From: Candidatus Levyibacteriota bacterium
Lineage (GTDB): Bacteria > Patescibacteriota > Microgenomatia > Levybacterales > UBA12049
DNA: 64,000 nt
Direction: 5' to 3'
Assembly (NCBI GenBank): GCA_052034235.1
Contig: JBPOIT010000014.1
Location: 1,924-65,923, forward strand
Made by a program: the position numbers and the translations under genes
Shown here: positions 18,872-28,922 of the stretch, one piece after another
How positions within the stretch are numbered: the stretch's first letter is position 1
How the letters are laid out: each line of letters starts with the position of its first letter
The notes under the pieces: model-generated
What the model saw: the letters and a program-made list of their open reading frames with translations, nothing else
Database searches by the model: none
Told to the model about the DNA's origin: nothing

Positions 18872-19390
18872 ATGGGAGAAGAAAGACATAATAAATTACA
18901 TCACCGACTACATCGAAAGCGGCACTTGATTAAAAGTTTCAAAGAAAAAGCAAACGCCAGGAGAACATTTACTGAAAAATTTGCAGATTTTATGACCACG
19001 AAATTTGGCAGTATGACGTTTCTATGGGTAAATGTTCTCTTTTTTGGCCTTTGGTTTGCAATTAATACGAACAAAGTTCCAGCAATTCCTGCATTTGATC
19101 ACTTTCCTTTTGGTTTATTGACCGTTATCGTTTCTCTGGAGGCAATTTTTCTGGCAATTACTGTTCTTATTTCGCAAAACAGAGCTTCACGTCTTGCAGA
19201 TTTTCGAGAAGAAGTTGCTATTCAAATCGATACAGTTGCAGAAGAAGAAATTACCAAACTTATTGAACTGCAACTCATGGTGCTAAAAAACCAGGGCGTT
19301 GATGTTTCGAATAATCCAAAAATTAAAGAAATGTTAGAAACCGGAGATGCAGAAAAAATTGAAAAAGCACTTGAACAACAATTTCTTTAA
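18872..19390 (+). CDS. DUF1003 membrane protein
   Basis: FTEKFADFMTTKFGSMTFLWVNVLFFGLWFAINT ... ISQNRASRLADFREEV matches the DUF1003 pattern. Confidence 0.65.
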   Translation: MGEERHNKLHHRLHRKRHLIKSFKEKANARRTFTEKFADFMTTKFGSMTFLWVNVLFFGLWFAINTNKVPAIPAFDHFPFGLLTVIVSLEAIFLAITVLISQNRASRLADFREEVAIQIDTVAEEEITKLIELQLMVLKNQGVDVSNNPKIKEMLETGDAEKIEKALEQQFL

Positions 19391-19743
19391 ATATAACGCT
19401 CTACTTTTGTAAGGAGATCTTCCATCTGGAAGGGTTTGGGGAGAAAATCTTCAGCGCCTGCCTTTCTCGTAGATTCTTCAATATAACTCGTTGCTGAAAT
19501 CATAATGACAGGAATGTCTCTTGTAAGCTCTTTACTTTTTAATTGTTTGCAAATGACTCGTCCGTCTTCACCCGACATCCACACATCAAGTAGTATAAGG
19601 TCAGGTTTGAATTGTTCAATTTTTACAATTGTGTCTCCGTTTGAAGAAGTCTCAACGGTATATTCTGCGTCTTCAAGAATAAGCTGCAAACAATCCAAAA
19701 TAGCGGGATCGTCGTCAGCAATAAGAATTTTTTTTGCCATAAA
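19387..19743 (-). CDS. Stand-alone response-regulator receiver (CheY-like)
   Basis: KILIADDD ... LILLDVWM ... KPF. Start set at MAKKILIADDD. Confidence 0.8.
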   Translation of the reverse strand, partial: FMAKKILIADDDPAILDCLQLILEDAEYTVETSSNGDTIVKIEQFKPDLILLDVWMSGEDGRVICKQLKSKELTRDIPVIMISATSYIEESTRKAGAEDFLPKPFQMEDLLTKVERYI

Positions 19744-19909
19744 AAATAAAAAAGCGGATATCGTTATTAACCAATAATTTCCCGCTGCACATCTATAATA
19801 ACATTTACTTAGTAAGGATTGAATTAAGAAAATGTAAGAAGTATGTGAAAACATTTTTTATCCATCAGCCTGGACTTTTTAGCCTCTTTCCTATACAATA
19901 ACCCGACCG

Positions 19910-20734
19910 ATGAGCAAATCACCACATATAAATGTTTTTTCAAAAATTGCTAACGCAGATTGGTTCCAAAGAGGTATTATCGCAGTCATCGTCCTTGCTG
20001 GTATTCTTGTAGGTCTTGAAACCTATCCACATATTCACGAACAATACTCAGCAGAATTTAAGGTTGCGGACCTTATTATTCAAATAATATTTACAATAGA
20101 AATCGTCATTAGAATTCTTGCGTATGGTAGTAAGCCGCTAAACTTCTTTAAATCAATTAGTAATAATGTTGATTTTTTTATAACTGTACTTTTTTATGTC
20201 CCATTGGGAGGCGCGTATGCAGCAGTATTACGTCTGATCAGAATTATCAGAGTGCTGAGGCTTATCACTGCACTTCCACGTTTGCAAATTATTGTAGGCG
20301 CATTGGTAAAAAGTTTACCGTCAATGGGATGGATAAGTTTACTCCTTTTGCTACAGCTCTATGTCTTCGCAGTACTTGGTAATTTTATGTTTGGAAAAAC
20401 TGACCCCGCACACTTTGGTAATCTAGGAATTGCAATTCTTACGCTTTTTCAAATTATTACACTAGAAGGTTGGGTCGAAATTATGGCAGCTCAACCACAA
20501 AATTTTCTTACTATACTTTATTTTCTTGGTTTTATATTGTTAGGTACAATGATTGTATTAAATCTATTTATTGGAGTCGTTCTCAACGGATTTGAAGAAG
20601 TAAAAAAAGAAATTGAAGAAGAACTGCAGGCAAAAGTGAAAAAAAGCTCAGCCAAAGAAGAACTTGCCCAAATCAGTACACAGCTAGCAGATATAAAAAA
20701 TCGTCTTGATAAAATCGGCAAAGCCAAAAAATAG
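19910..20734 (+). CDS. Voltage-gated ion channel of the NaChBac/BacNav family
   Basis: 274 aa with 6 TM helices. S4 has Arg at every third position (LRLIRIIRVLRLITALPRLQ). Pore filter FQIITLEGWVEIM, against TLESW in NaChBac/NavAb. Confidence 0.75.
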   Translation: MSKSPHINVFSKIANADWFQRGIIAVIVLAGILVGLETYPHIHEQYSAEFKVADLIIQIIFTIEIVIRILAYGSKPLNFFKSISNNVDFFITVLFYVPLGGAYAAVLRLIRIIRVLRLITALPRLQIIVGALVKSLPSMGWISLLLLLQLYVFAVLGNFMFGKTDPAHFGNLGIAILTLFQIITLEGWVEIMAAQPQNFLTILYFLGFILLGTMIVLNLFIGVVLNGFEEVKKEIEEELQAKVKKSSAKEELAQISTQLADIKNRLDKIGKAKK

Positions 20735-20770
20735 GACTTGCTCGCTGTGGTACAATAGATTTGTAACAAC

Positions 20771-22282
20771 ATGAAGATAAAGTCTCCCGTTATCAAAAAA
20801 ATCCTCGCGCATTATAAAGAGATTACACTCCTCGGCCGAATAAAAGCAGTGCTTGATTGGGACTTAAATGTCAATTTGCCAAAAAAAGCAGCACAGGGCA
20901 GAGCAGAACAATCAGCTTATCTCGCAAAACGCAGCACTGATCTATGGCTTGATAAAGACTTTCGTAACAATATTGAAAAAGCATCTCGTGAAAATAACTT
21001 AACAAAAGAAGAAGCAGCTATCATGCGAAATATACATTTTGCAGGAAAATTTTATTTTCAGGTACCTCAAAAATTAATTATAGAAAAAGAACAAGCGGCT
21101 TCCAAAGCATTTATGGTTTGGAAAGACGCGCGCGAAAAAGATGATTTCAAAGCTTATCTCCCCAATCTTTCAGAACTAATCGAATTTGATCGTAAAATTG
21201 CAAAACACGTGGGTTATAAAGAAAATCCCTATGACGCACTGCTTGATATGCATGAGCCGGGCTTGACTGCCACATATACGCAAGAAGTTTTTGATGCTAT
21301 CAAACCAAAACTCATCTCGCTTGTTAAAGAAATACAAAAAGTAAAAAAAGATGAGGCAATTGAAGCAAAATATGTAGGTGCTAAACATAGCTATCCAAAT
21401 GATATGCAAAAATCACTTGGACTTGCGTTTATGAAGCGTTCTGGATACGATTTTGAATCTGGTCGTCTGGATGTTTCACCTCACCCATTCACAACCAGCC
21501 TTGACAGATATGATGTCAGAATAACAAGTGCGTATAAAGAAAACGATTTTCGATTTTCATTTACCTCAACCGTTCATGAGACAGGACACGCGCTGTATGA
21601 ACAGGGCGTAAATCCTGAGTACAACGCAACACCTCTTGAAGGAGGTGTCTCGTATGGCATTCATGAAGCCTTATCAAGATTTTGGGAAAACATGGTAGGC
21701 AAAAATCCTGAATTCTTACGTTTCGTTGCACCAGAATTTAAAGCTGCATTCCCCAAAGAATTGGGCAAAACAACAACTGCTGAGTTTATTCAACTCTTCC
21801 ATGTCGTACGACCGAGCTTTATCAGAATTGAAGCTGATGAAGTAACATACACCCTGCACATCATTCTCAGGTTTGAGATTGAGAATGCACTCATCAATGG
21901 CAAAATTAAACCAGCTGATGCTGCCCGCGTCTGGAAAGAAAAGTCACAGGAATACTTTGGCATAACACCACCAACTGATAAAGAAGGGGTTTTACAGGAT
22001 GTTCACTGGGCATATGGTGCATTTGGCTATTTCCCGTCATATGCCATGGGAAATCTTTACGGAGCACAGTTGCTAAATGCAATGAAGAAAGAAGTAGCAT
22101 TTGAAAAAGACTTAGCTGCAGGTAATTTGAAAAACGTACATGCATGGCTCAATAAACATGTACACGCACACGGTGCATTATATTTGCCTCATGATTTGAT
22201 CAAAAAAGCGACTGGAGAAAAACTTAACCCTCACTACTTTACCGATTACTTAACAATGAAATACAATAAGATGTATGCCTAG
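20771..22282 (+). CDS. M32 carboxypeptidase (carboxypeptidase Taq family)
   Basis: HETGHALYE (HExxH), DVHWAYGAFGYFPSYAMG and IRIEADEVTY are M32 signatures. Confidence 0.85.
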   Translation: MKIKSPVIKKILAHYKEITLLGRIKAVLDWDLNVNLPKKAAQGRAEQSAYLAKRSTDLWLDKDFRNNIEKASRENNLTKEEAAIMRNIHFAGKFYFQVPQKLIIEKEQAASKAFMVWKDAREKDDFKAYLPNLSELIEFDRKIAKHVGYKENPYDALLDMHEPGLTATYTQEVFDAIKPKLISLVKEIQKVKKDEAIEAKYVGAKHSYPNDMQKSLGLAFMKRSGYDFESGRLDVSPHPFTTSLDRYDVRITSAYKENDFRFSFTSTVHETGHALYEQGVNPEYNATPLEGGVSYGIHEALSRFWENMVGKNPEFLRFVAPEFKAAFPKELGKTTTAEFIQLFHVVRPSFIRIEADEVTYTLHIILRFEIENALINGKIKPADAARVWKEKSQEYFGITPPTDKEGVLQDVHWAYGAFGYFPSYAMGNLYGAQLLNAMKKEVAFEKDLAAGNLKNVHAWLNKHVHAHGALYLPHDLIKKATGEKLNPHYFTDYLTMKYNKMYA

Positions 22283-23753
22283 CATCTCTGCGTATTTCTC
22301 AAAACACCATAAAGGACTTCTTATCACTGCAACATTTCTTTCGTTTATCTATTTTCTCTGGGAAGCAAATTCCTGGAAATATGCGTATGTGGGCGACATC
22401 TGGCCATTTTTTGAATTTGCCAAAAGAATTATTGCTGAAAATTATGCAGTCTATCCATTTAGTTTTCGGGGTGTATATGAGCAAAATTCAATTCTTGGCA
22501 GTGTTTATCAAGCCATATACATGGATTTGTTTGGGCAAACAAACTTAGCATGGAGATTATCAAATCTCGTTCTTATCTTCCCTCTTTCATATTTTATGTA
22601 TAGGTGGCTGCGGTTGTACTTCAATTGGCAGACAGCGTCACTTGCGACAGTACTTCTGCAATGTTCTTTTTACCTTTGCATTTTCTTTAAAATACCGTAT
22701 ATTAACCCGCAAGCTTTCGCCCTTTTTGTTCTTTCTTTATACCTATCGGCCCGAGCAGGAATATCTCCCACCAAACAGAATGGTATCTTCTTAGGACTTA
22801 CCCTGGGCATCTCTTTTTATATTTATCTTGGTGCACTCTTTCCCCTTTTGATTTGGCCTTATCTTTTGCCACTGAGAAAGGCAAAATCAATAAAAATGCT
22901 CGTACCTTTCATTTCAGCACTAATCCTTACCTACCTACTGTGTTTGAGTTTCATTTTGCCTGAACTTGCAACAATCACTGGTCCCCAAAGTAAAACTCTT
23001 TCTGGGCGAGAATTTTCAGATACTTCGCAAATCATTACCAACATTGGAAATAATTTAGTAGTTTTTTATAAAGCATTTCCGGTAATCCCAACACATTTCA
23101 TTCCTTTTGCCTATATGGATATGCTCACACAACTTTTTGCATTTCTTGGAACAATTGTTTCATTTAGCTTGTTAAAACAAAATAAATACAGATATTTAGT
23201 TCTATCCTATATCAGTACGTGCATTTTTCTTGGTTTAACAAACCCCTATACAATGCCCCCAACGTCACGAGGAATGTTTCTGTTACTATTCGGTTTTGTT
23301 TTTGCGGGGATCGGGATCATGCAATTGAAAAAAGTAAAATATATACATACCTGGGTAATCTTTCCAGTTCTTACAATTATTATTGGATTAAATATTTTTC
23401 TCAGTCAATTTGCAGTTTTTCAAAAAATTGGGCATACTGGCATGGGTCTTATTCTCCAGCAGCTGCAACAAGCAAACAACAAGCAACAGAAAAATCTAAC
23501 TTTGATTCTCTCTGAAACACAGAACATAAATATATATACCCGAGAGCTTTCTGTGATACAGGAGGCGTTTGGGATTAAGGATGTCACACTTTCGATTCTC
23601 AGACCTTATGAATTTTCCTGTGAAAGCATATCCGAGCAGAAGCTACTAGTTTTTTCCTACGACAAAGATTCTTTAGAAAAACTCGCTCAAACGAAATGCG
23701 ACGGGAAAGAGATAAGATATAACACAATGACTACTGATATCCTCTATTATTAA
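22275..23753 (+). CDS. Large polytopic membrane protein (possibly a GT-C-like glycosyltransferase)
   Basis: 492 aa with 12 or more hydrophobic helices. No catalytic motif verified. Confidence 0.4.
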   Translation: MPSISAYFSKHHKGLLITATFLSFIYFLWEANSWKYAYVGDIWPFFEFAKRIIAENYAVYPFSFRGVYEQNSILGSVYQAIYMDLFGQTNLAWRLSNLVLIFPLSYFMYRWLRLYFNWQTASLATVLLQCSFYLCIFFKIPYINPQAFALFVLSLYLSARAGISPTKQNGIFLGLTLGISFYIYLGALFPLLIWPYLLPLRKAKSIKMLVPFISALILTYLLCLSFILPELATITGPQSKTLSGREFSDTSQIITNIGNNLVVFYKAFPVIPTHFIPFAYMDMLTQLFAFLGTIVSFSLLKQNKYRYLVLSYISTCIFLGLTNPYTMPPTSRGMFLLLFGFVFAGIGIMQLKKVKYIHTWVIFPVLTIIIGLNIFLSQFAVFQKIGHTGMGLILQQLQQANNKQQKNLTLILSETQNINIYTRELSVIQEAFGIKDVTLSILRPYEFSCESISEQKLLVFSYDKDSLEKLAQTKCDGKEIRYNTMTTDILYY

Positions 23754-23756
23754 CCT

Positions 23757-26135
23757 TTATGAAGGTTGTGGTGCATGAAGAACAGGGCTCATGATACGTG
23801 CTTGAGGCATATCTCCATTTTTCTTTGTTTTAGGTAATTCTTTGGTCAAAGCAATCGGCAGCACTTCGTCCATATGAGAAACAAATTTAAATGTAAGATC
23901 CTTCAAAACCTGCTTTGGCACATCCTCCAAATCCTTTTTGTTTTCTTTTGGCAAAATTATTGTTTTGAGACCTGCACGATGAGCTGCGATCAGTTTTTCC
24001 TTAACGCCGCCGATCTCAAGCACTTTACCACGCAGCGTCACTTCACCGGTTGCTCCCACAATTCTTTTGATTGGATTTTTTGTTAAAGCTGAGATGATAG
24101 CCGTAGTAATCGGAATACCAGCTGATGGACCGTCTTTTGGTACTGCGCCTTCCGGAACGTGTACATGAACGTCGATCTTTTGATAAAAATTATCAGCAAG
24201 ACCCAGTTCTTTAGCACGTGTTCTGATATAAGACATCGCTGCTTGGCATGATTCTTTCATCACATCGCCTAATTGACCTGTCAGTGTCAGCTGACCTTTG
24301 CCAGGCATAAGTGCAACTTCAATAAAGAGAATATCGCCACCTGCTTCAGTCCATGCAAGGCCTGTACTTTGTCCAATTTCATCTTGTTTCTCAATCATAG
24401 TACCTGTAAATTTAACAGGGCCGAGATATTTTTGTATATCTGCTGCTTTAACGACGATTTTTTCTTTTTCACCTTCAGCGACTCTTTTTGCTACCTTACG
24501 AAGTACGGTTGCAATTTTTCGCTCAAGATTACGTACACCAGCTTCACGTGTATGATGATGAATTATGTATTGCAAAGCATCATCAGTTAAATCAACTTTT
24601 GCTTCACTCAGACCATGGTTTTCAAGCTGTTTCTTTATAAGAAAATCTTTTGCGATTTTGAATTTCTCGTCATGAGTATATCCCGCAAAATTGATGATTT
24701 CCAAACGATCTCTTAAAGCAGGCGGGATTGTATCAAGAACGTTTGCGGTTGTAATAAACATGACATTTGACAAATCAAAAGCTACTTCCAGATAATGATC
24801 TGAAAATTGACCATTTTGTTCAGGATCAAGCGCTTCAAGTAATGCACTTGACGGATCACCTCTAAAATCTGAACCAACTTTGTCAATTTCATCAAGCATA
24901 AAAACCGGGTTTTTTGTACCTGCATCTTTAATACCCTGAATGATACGTCCAGGAAGTGCACCAACATAAGTTCTTCTGTGTCCACGAATTTCTGCTTCGT
25001 CACGTACGCCACCGAGAGAAACGCGGACAAATTTACGTCCTAATGCACGAGCAATCGAACGGCCAATAGAAGTCTTGCCAACTCCGGGAGGTCCTGCAAA
25101 ACAAAGAATTGGCCCCTTCATTTTACCTGAGAGCTTGTGAACTGCTAAATATTCAACAATACGCTCTTTTGCCTTTTGCAAACCATAATGATCTTCATCA
25201 AGAATCTTTTCAGCTGATTTAATATTTGCAACATCTTTACTTTCTTGTGACCAAGGCAAAGCAACCATCAAATCCAAATAGTTACGAATGTAACCTGCTT
25301 CAGGATTGAACTGGTTCATGTTTTGAAGCTTATTGAGTTCTTTCTTTGCTTTATCTTCAACTTCCTCAGGCATCTTCGCTTCTTTTATTTTATTAAGTAG
25401 CATACGAACTTCTGAATGTTCTTCTTTATCTCCAAGTTCTTCTTCAATAGTTCGAAGTCTTTCACGAAGCATTGCTTCACGCGCACCTTTCTCGAAACGC
25501 TCCTGTGTCTTTGAAGCAATTCTCCGTTCGAGTTCCAAAATTTTAATTTCTTTAGCAAGAAGCTCAGTCAATTTCTGAAGCCTTACTTTTACATCATTTA
25601 TTTCGAGAAGTTCCTGTTTTTCATGAGGTTTCAAATCAAGTGCTGAAGCAATTAAATCTGAAAGTTCTGCTGGAGAATTTTCTGACATAATGTTCATAAA
25701 GAGCAAAAAGTCAGCTGATTTTCCAAAATTCATGGCCTTTCGGAATTCGTTGGTCAGATGATTGCAGAGTGCTTTGATCTCTTCATTATTTTCAACGACA
25801 TCAGGCAACTCAACAACATTAGCCATGTAATACGAGTCTCGCTTTTCGTAAGAAACAATTTTAACACGTGAAAGACCACGCACCTGCGCATTAATTTCTC
25901 CGTCTGTACGAATCATTCGCTCAATACGGGATAGTGTCCCTATTTCAAGAATGTCTTCAGGACTTGGATCGTTAACCCTCGGATTTTTTTGCAAAACAAA
26001 ACAGACTATTCGCTCATTTTGAAATGCTGACTCTAATGCTGCCAAGCTCTTTGGACGTCCAAACGTAAGGACTGAGTCTGTACTGGGGAAGATTATTCCG
26101 TCTCTGATTGGGATAATGGGCACAAGTTTTTCCAT
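23757..26135 (-). CDS. lon: ATP-dependent Lon protease (LonA)
   Basis: N-domain, Walker A GPPGVGKTS, and catalytic PKDGPSAGI. 792 aa. Confidence 0.95.
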   Translation of the reverse strand: MEKLVPIIPIRDGIIFPSTDSVLTFGRPKSLAALESAFQNERIVCFVLQKNPRVNDPSPEDILEIGTLSRIERMIRTDGEINAQVRGLSRVKIVSYEKRDSYYMANVVELPDVVENNEEIKALCNHLTNEFRKAMNFGKSADFLLFMNIMSENSPAELSDLIASALDLKPHEKQELLEINDVKVRLQKLTELLAKEIKILELERRIASKTQERFEKGAREAMLRERLRTIEEELGDKEEHSEVRMLLNKIKEAKMPEEVEDKAKKELNKLQNMNQFNPEAGYIRNYLDLMVALPWSQESKDVANIKSAEKILDEDHYGLQKAKERIVEYLAVHKLSGKMKGPILCFAGPPGVGKTSIGRSIARALGRKFVRVSLGGVRDEAEIRGHRRTYVGALPGRIIQGIKDAGTKNPVFMLDEIDKVGSDFRGDPSSALLEALDPEQNGQFSDHYLEVAFDLSNVMFITTANVLDTIPPALRDRLEIINFAGYTHDEKFKIAKDFLIKKQLENHGLSEAKVDLTDDALQYIIHHHTREAGVRNLERKIATVLRKVAKRVAEGEKEKIVVKAADIQKYLGPVKFTGTMIEKQDEIGQSTGLAWTEAGGDILFIEVALMPGKGQLTLTGQLGDVMKESCQAAMSYIRTRAKELGLADNFYQKIDVHVHVPEGAVPKDGPSAGIPITTAIISALTKNPIKRIVGATGEVTLRGKVLEIGGVKEKLIAAHRAGLKTIILPKENKKDLEDVPKQVLKDLTFKFVSHMDEVLPIALTKELPKTKKNGDMPQARIMSPVLHAPQPS

Positions 26136-26264
26136 AAGTTTTTTACTATTATAAAGATTTCAACGAGAAAGTCAAAACCTATTTGCTGACTACTTGCGGT
26201 GAGCCTGCCGAACCATTAGCAATCTATCACACCCTTTGCTAACTGTCAATAGCTTATAGGATTT

Positions 26265-26627
26265 TTAGGATTTTAGGTGTTTACGCACAATGTGCAACAA
26301 ATCGTCTATATTAAACGGTTTCAGAAGATAATCATCTGCGCCTGCTTCCTTGGTTATTTTTTCGGTTTCATTATTTGCAGAAATCATGATAACCGGAATA
26401 TGTTTGGTCTGCTTGTTGGACTTTACCGTTTTTGCAATTTTTCCACCATCACTGCCTCCAAGCCAAATATCTAGAAGCATTAAATCGGGTTCTTGTTCTT
26501 TTAAGATTTTATAAATAGTCTCTTCCTTATCAGCAAATACTGTACGAAACCCTTCCTGCTCAAGAATAATAGTAACTACCTCTGAGATTGCTTTATCGTC
26601 TTCCGCGATAAGGATTTTTTTATTCAT
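26265..26627 (-). CDS. Stand-alone response-regulator receiver
   Basis: KILIAEDD ... LMLLDIWL ... KPF. 120 aa. Confidence 0.8.
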   Translation of the reverse strand: MNKKILIAEDDKAISEVVTIILEQEGFRTVFADKEETIYKILKEQEPDLMLLDIWLGGSDGGKIAKTVKSNKQTKHIPVIMISANNETEKITKEAGADDYLLKPFNIDDLLHIVRKHLKS

Positions 26628-26675
26628 AAGCTGCCTACTCTTTCTTAATAATACACTATAACAATTAAAGAAACA

Positions 26676-27299
26676 TTATTCTACTAATTTTGAGAATACA
26701 ACATATCGTTCGTCATAGCCACTTCCACTATCCCACTCACCGTGACATGTTATTAAATTGAGCATCGCATCACTCGAATCACCAAACACCCGATTAATGG
26801 GAAATCCTTCATTGGGAAACTTTTCGGTGTGCGTAATAGCAAAAGTAAGCTCTTTACCGTTTTCATCCGTTATGATGATTGTGTCATCAACTTCAAGTTT
26901 ATCAATGTCCCAAAAAACTGCGGGAGAAGCGTCTTTTTTATCTAAGTGCCCTGCAAGTACAGCATTACCTTTTTGGCCAGGTCGAAACCCTGGCTCGTAC
27001 CACGAGGTATTATCATCATCTTTGGGCACGTCCATATTGCCTTTCGCATCGTTTCCTACAGCTTCAATAATTGTATCAACACCTATTTTAGGAATTTTAA
27101 CGCGTTTGGGGATAGTTCGCTCCGGTTCGCTTACGAGGATTTGTTTTTCTTGGGAAGTTGGCTGCTGGCTAGTTTGAACTGACAGCACATTGTTATTACG
27201 AGGTGTATCTTTCTTGAATAATCCAGCAGCTGTACTACCTGCCCCTATACCAAAAAGAAGGCCACTGATGATGATGGTATATATAAACTTTTTCATCAT
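26676..27299 (-). CDS. Sortase (class E/F-like)
   Basis: N-terminal TM anchor; LAGH (His), LITCHGEW (Cys) and a downstream Arg make up the sortase triad. Confidence 0.75.
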   Translation of the reverse strand: MMKKFIYTIIISGLLFGIGAGSTAAGLFKKDTPRNNNVLSVQTSQQPTSQEKQILVSEPERTIPKRVKIPKIGVDTIIEAVGNDAKGNMDVPKDDDNTSWYEPGFRPGQKGNAVLAGHLDKKDASPAVFWDIDKLEVDDTIIITDENGKELTFAITHTEKFPNEGFPINRVFGDSSDAMLNLITCHGEWDSGSGYDERYVVFSKLVE

Positions 27300-27397
27300 T
27301 TTGTAAGACGATTATAAGGAACAAGATGCATTAACGCAAGTCAACACATCTTGTTCCATGTTGTCTAAACGACATAGTAAAACACTATTCGTTAAAA

Positions 27398-27571
27398 TTA
27401 ACGACCTGTTGCTGGTGCACCACCAGGAACAGTTGTGTTTGTTGTGGTTGAATTAGTCGTATTAGTGGTATTCGTTGTTGTATTTGTTGGTGTTTGGGCA
27501 AATGCCATAGTTGCTGCGGCAAGTGCTGTAACAGCGAAGATACCTGTTGCGACTGTTGCTTTCTTTATCAT
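27398..27571 (-). CDS. Small secreted Thr/Asn-rich peptide (57 aa), not in the ORF track
   Basis: MIKKATVATGIFAVTALAAATMAFA|QTPTNTTTNTTNTTNSTTTNTTVPGGAPATGR. Strong SD GGAAGGAGGTGAGC directly upstream. Signal peptide with AxA-like site. Confidence 0.45.
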   Translation of the reverse strand: MIKKATVATGIFAVTALAAATMAFAQTPTNTTTNTTNTTNSTTTNTTVPGGAPATGR

Positions 27572-27795
27572 ATGCTCACCTCCTTCCGTTCGTTGCTTAA
27601 CTCATCCTACCAAAGTTGCATTTTTCAGTCAACGACGATAGAAACGTAACTTAACAATACAGTACCAATATAAAAAGTACGTAAGAATTTACTAATAAAG
27701 ATGTTGTCATTCCTTTAAAAGAAGCTGATTACCTTCTAATTACCAATTGATAATCTACATCTTGCATTATTTATGCGCGATGCTATAGTAGAGGT

Positions 27796-28179
27796 ATGAG
27801 TGACGTTGCAAGCAAAAAACTGTTAATTGTTGAGGATGATTTTTATATAAGAGATATTTACACACTCCACGCAAAGTTGATGAATTTTGATTACACCACT
27901 GCTATTGATGGTGAAGACGCAGTTGAGAAAATAAAATCAATAAAACCTGATTTGGTTTTGCTAGATCTTATGCTTCCCAAAATTGATGGCATGGGCGTCC
28001 TCCGCATGATTAAAGCCGATCCCACATATTCTGATATAAAGTTTATTATTACGACCAATGTTGATAACAAAGAAACTGAACAAGAGGCGCGTCGGCTAGG
28101 AGCATTAGATTACCTGTTAAAGATCAATAATCAGCCTCAAACAACTTTGACAATCGCACAAAGTTACCTCAACGCCTAA
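27796..28179 (+). CDS. Stand-alone response-regulator receiver
   Basis: LLIVEDD ... LVLLDLMLP ... 127 aa. Confidence 0.8.
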   Translation: MSDVASKKLLIVEDDFYIRDIYTLHAKLMNFDYTTAIDGEDAVEKIKSIKPDLVLLDLMLPKIDGMGVLRMIKADPTYSDIKFIITTNVDNKETEQEARRLGALDYLLKINNQPQTTLTIAQSYLNA

Positions 28180-28196
28180 AAAATTCAGTCTCTGCT

Positions 28197-28215
28197 TTTC
28201 TTTCCCTTTCCTTAC
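28197..28215 (+). promoter_or_regulatory. Conserved upstream element TTTCTTTCCCTTTCCTTAC, copy 1
   Basis: The identical 19-mer recurs at 28561..28579; each copy is followed by GGAGGTGA and a stress gene. Confidence 0.45.
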
Positions 28216-28308
28216 AGGATTATATATTAACTCTCATGCTTAAGCTTTAGTCTTATATGTAGCTCTTGTTCCAAAATAAAATGAATAATATGAAAGGAGG
28301 TGAAAAGT

Positions 28309-28488
28309 ATGGCGGCAACAAAAGGACGAGGACGTGGGTTCGCGTCAATGAATAAAGATAAACAACGACAAATCGCAAGTAAAGGAGGTAGAGCAGCACA
28401 TATGAAAGGCACTGCCCACAAATGGACGAGCGATGAAGCCAGAGCGGCAGGACGTAAAGGCGGACGCGCACGGCAAAAGAAAAATTAA
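28309..28488 (+). CDS. KGG-repeat stress-induced protein (YciG/Con-10-like)
   Basis: MAATKGRGRGFASM..KQRQIASKGGRAAHMKGTAHKWTSDEARAAGRKGGRARQ contains KGG repeats. SD GAAAGGAGGTGAAAAGT precedes the ATG. Confidence 0.6.
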   Translation: MAATKGRGRGFASMNKDKQRQIASKGGRAAHMKGTAHKWTSDEARAAGRKGGRARQKKN

Positions 28489-28520
28489 TAAATATTTAAG
28501 TTATTAAGAGAGTAAGGAGT

Positions 28521-28550
28521 ACCCGTTGTCAAAAACAACGGGTATTTTTT
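28521..28550 (+). terminator. Rho-independent terminator
   Basis: ACCCGTTGT-CAAAA-ACAACGGGT followed by ATTTTTT. Confidence 0.7.
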
Positions 28551-28560
28551 GTTAGAAGAG

Positions 28561-28579
28561 TTTCTTTCCCTTTCCTTAC
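28561..28579 (+). promoter_or_regulatory. Conserved upstream element TTTCTTTCCCTTTCCTTAC, copy 2
   Basis: Same 19-mer as 28197..28215, 75 nt upstream of the next ATG. Confidence 0.45.
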
Positions 28580-28653
28580 GGTATTTTCGTTAATCTCTCA
28601 TTCACAAGCGATATGCTAACTCGTGTATACATGAGAAAGGAGGTGAATAACTT

Positions 28654-28905
28654 ATGAACATTATTTCGTGGGTTTTATTCGGAATGATTGTGGGTGTTGT
28701 AGCAAATGCTATTGACCCTAACCCGAATAGAGGTGGCATACTTGGTTCCATTTTGCTCGGTATTGTAGGAGCTTTGGTTGGAGGATTCGTTGCCAATTTA
28801 TTATTCGGCATAAATGTTACCGGATTTAACTTAACATCATTCTTGGTAGCAGTGGCTGGTTCGCTTATCCTGCTTTTTGTGGGAAGAGCAGTAAGAAGGG
28901 CTTAA
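28654..28905 (+). CDS. GlsB/YeaQ/YmgE-family transglycosylase-associated stress membrane protein
   Basis: WVLFGMIVGVVANAI...GGILGSILLGIVGALVGGF is the family signature. SD GAAAGGAGGTGAATAACTT precedes the ATG. Confidence 0.75.
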   Translation: MNIISWVLFGMIVGVVANAIDPNPNRGGILGSILLGIVGALVGGFVANLLFGINVTGFNLTSFLVAVAGSLILLFVGRAVRRA

Positions 28906-28922
28906 CTGTTATGAAAGAGAGC

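Noticed and set aside
24273-25578. Several 80-105-aa ORFs on the plus strand within the lon gene
   Set aside because: Antisense to a 792-aa Lon protease with intact motifs; Cys/Ser-rich nonsense translations.
28227-28471. Minus-strand ORFs (64 and 72 aa) overlapping the KGG-repeat stress gene
   Set aside because: The plus-strand gene has a perfect SD and a recognisable KGG repeat. The minus frames lack any initiation signal.
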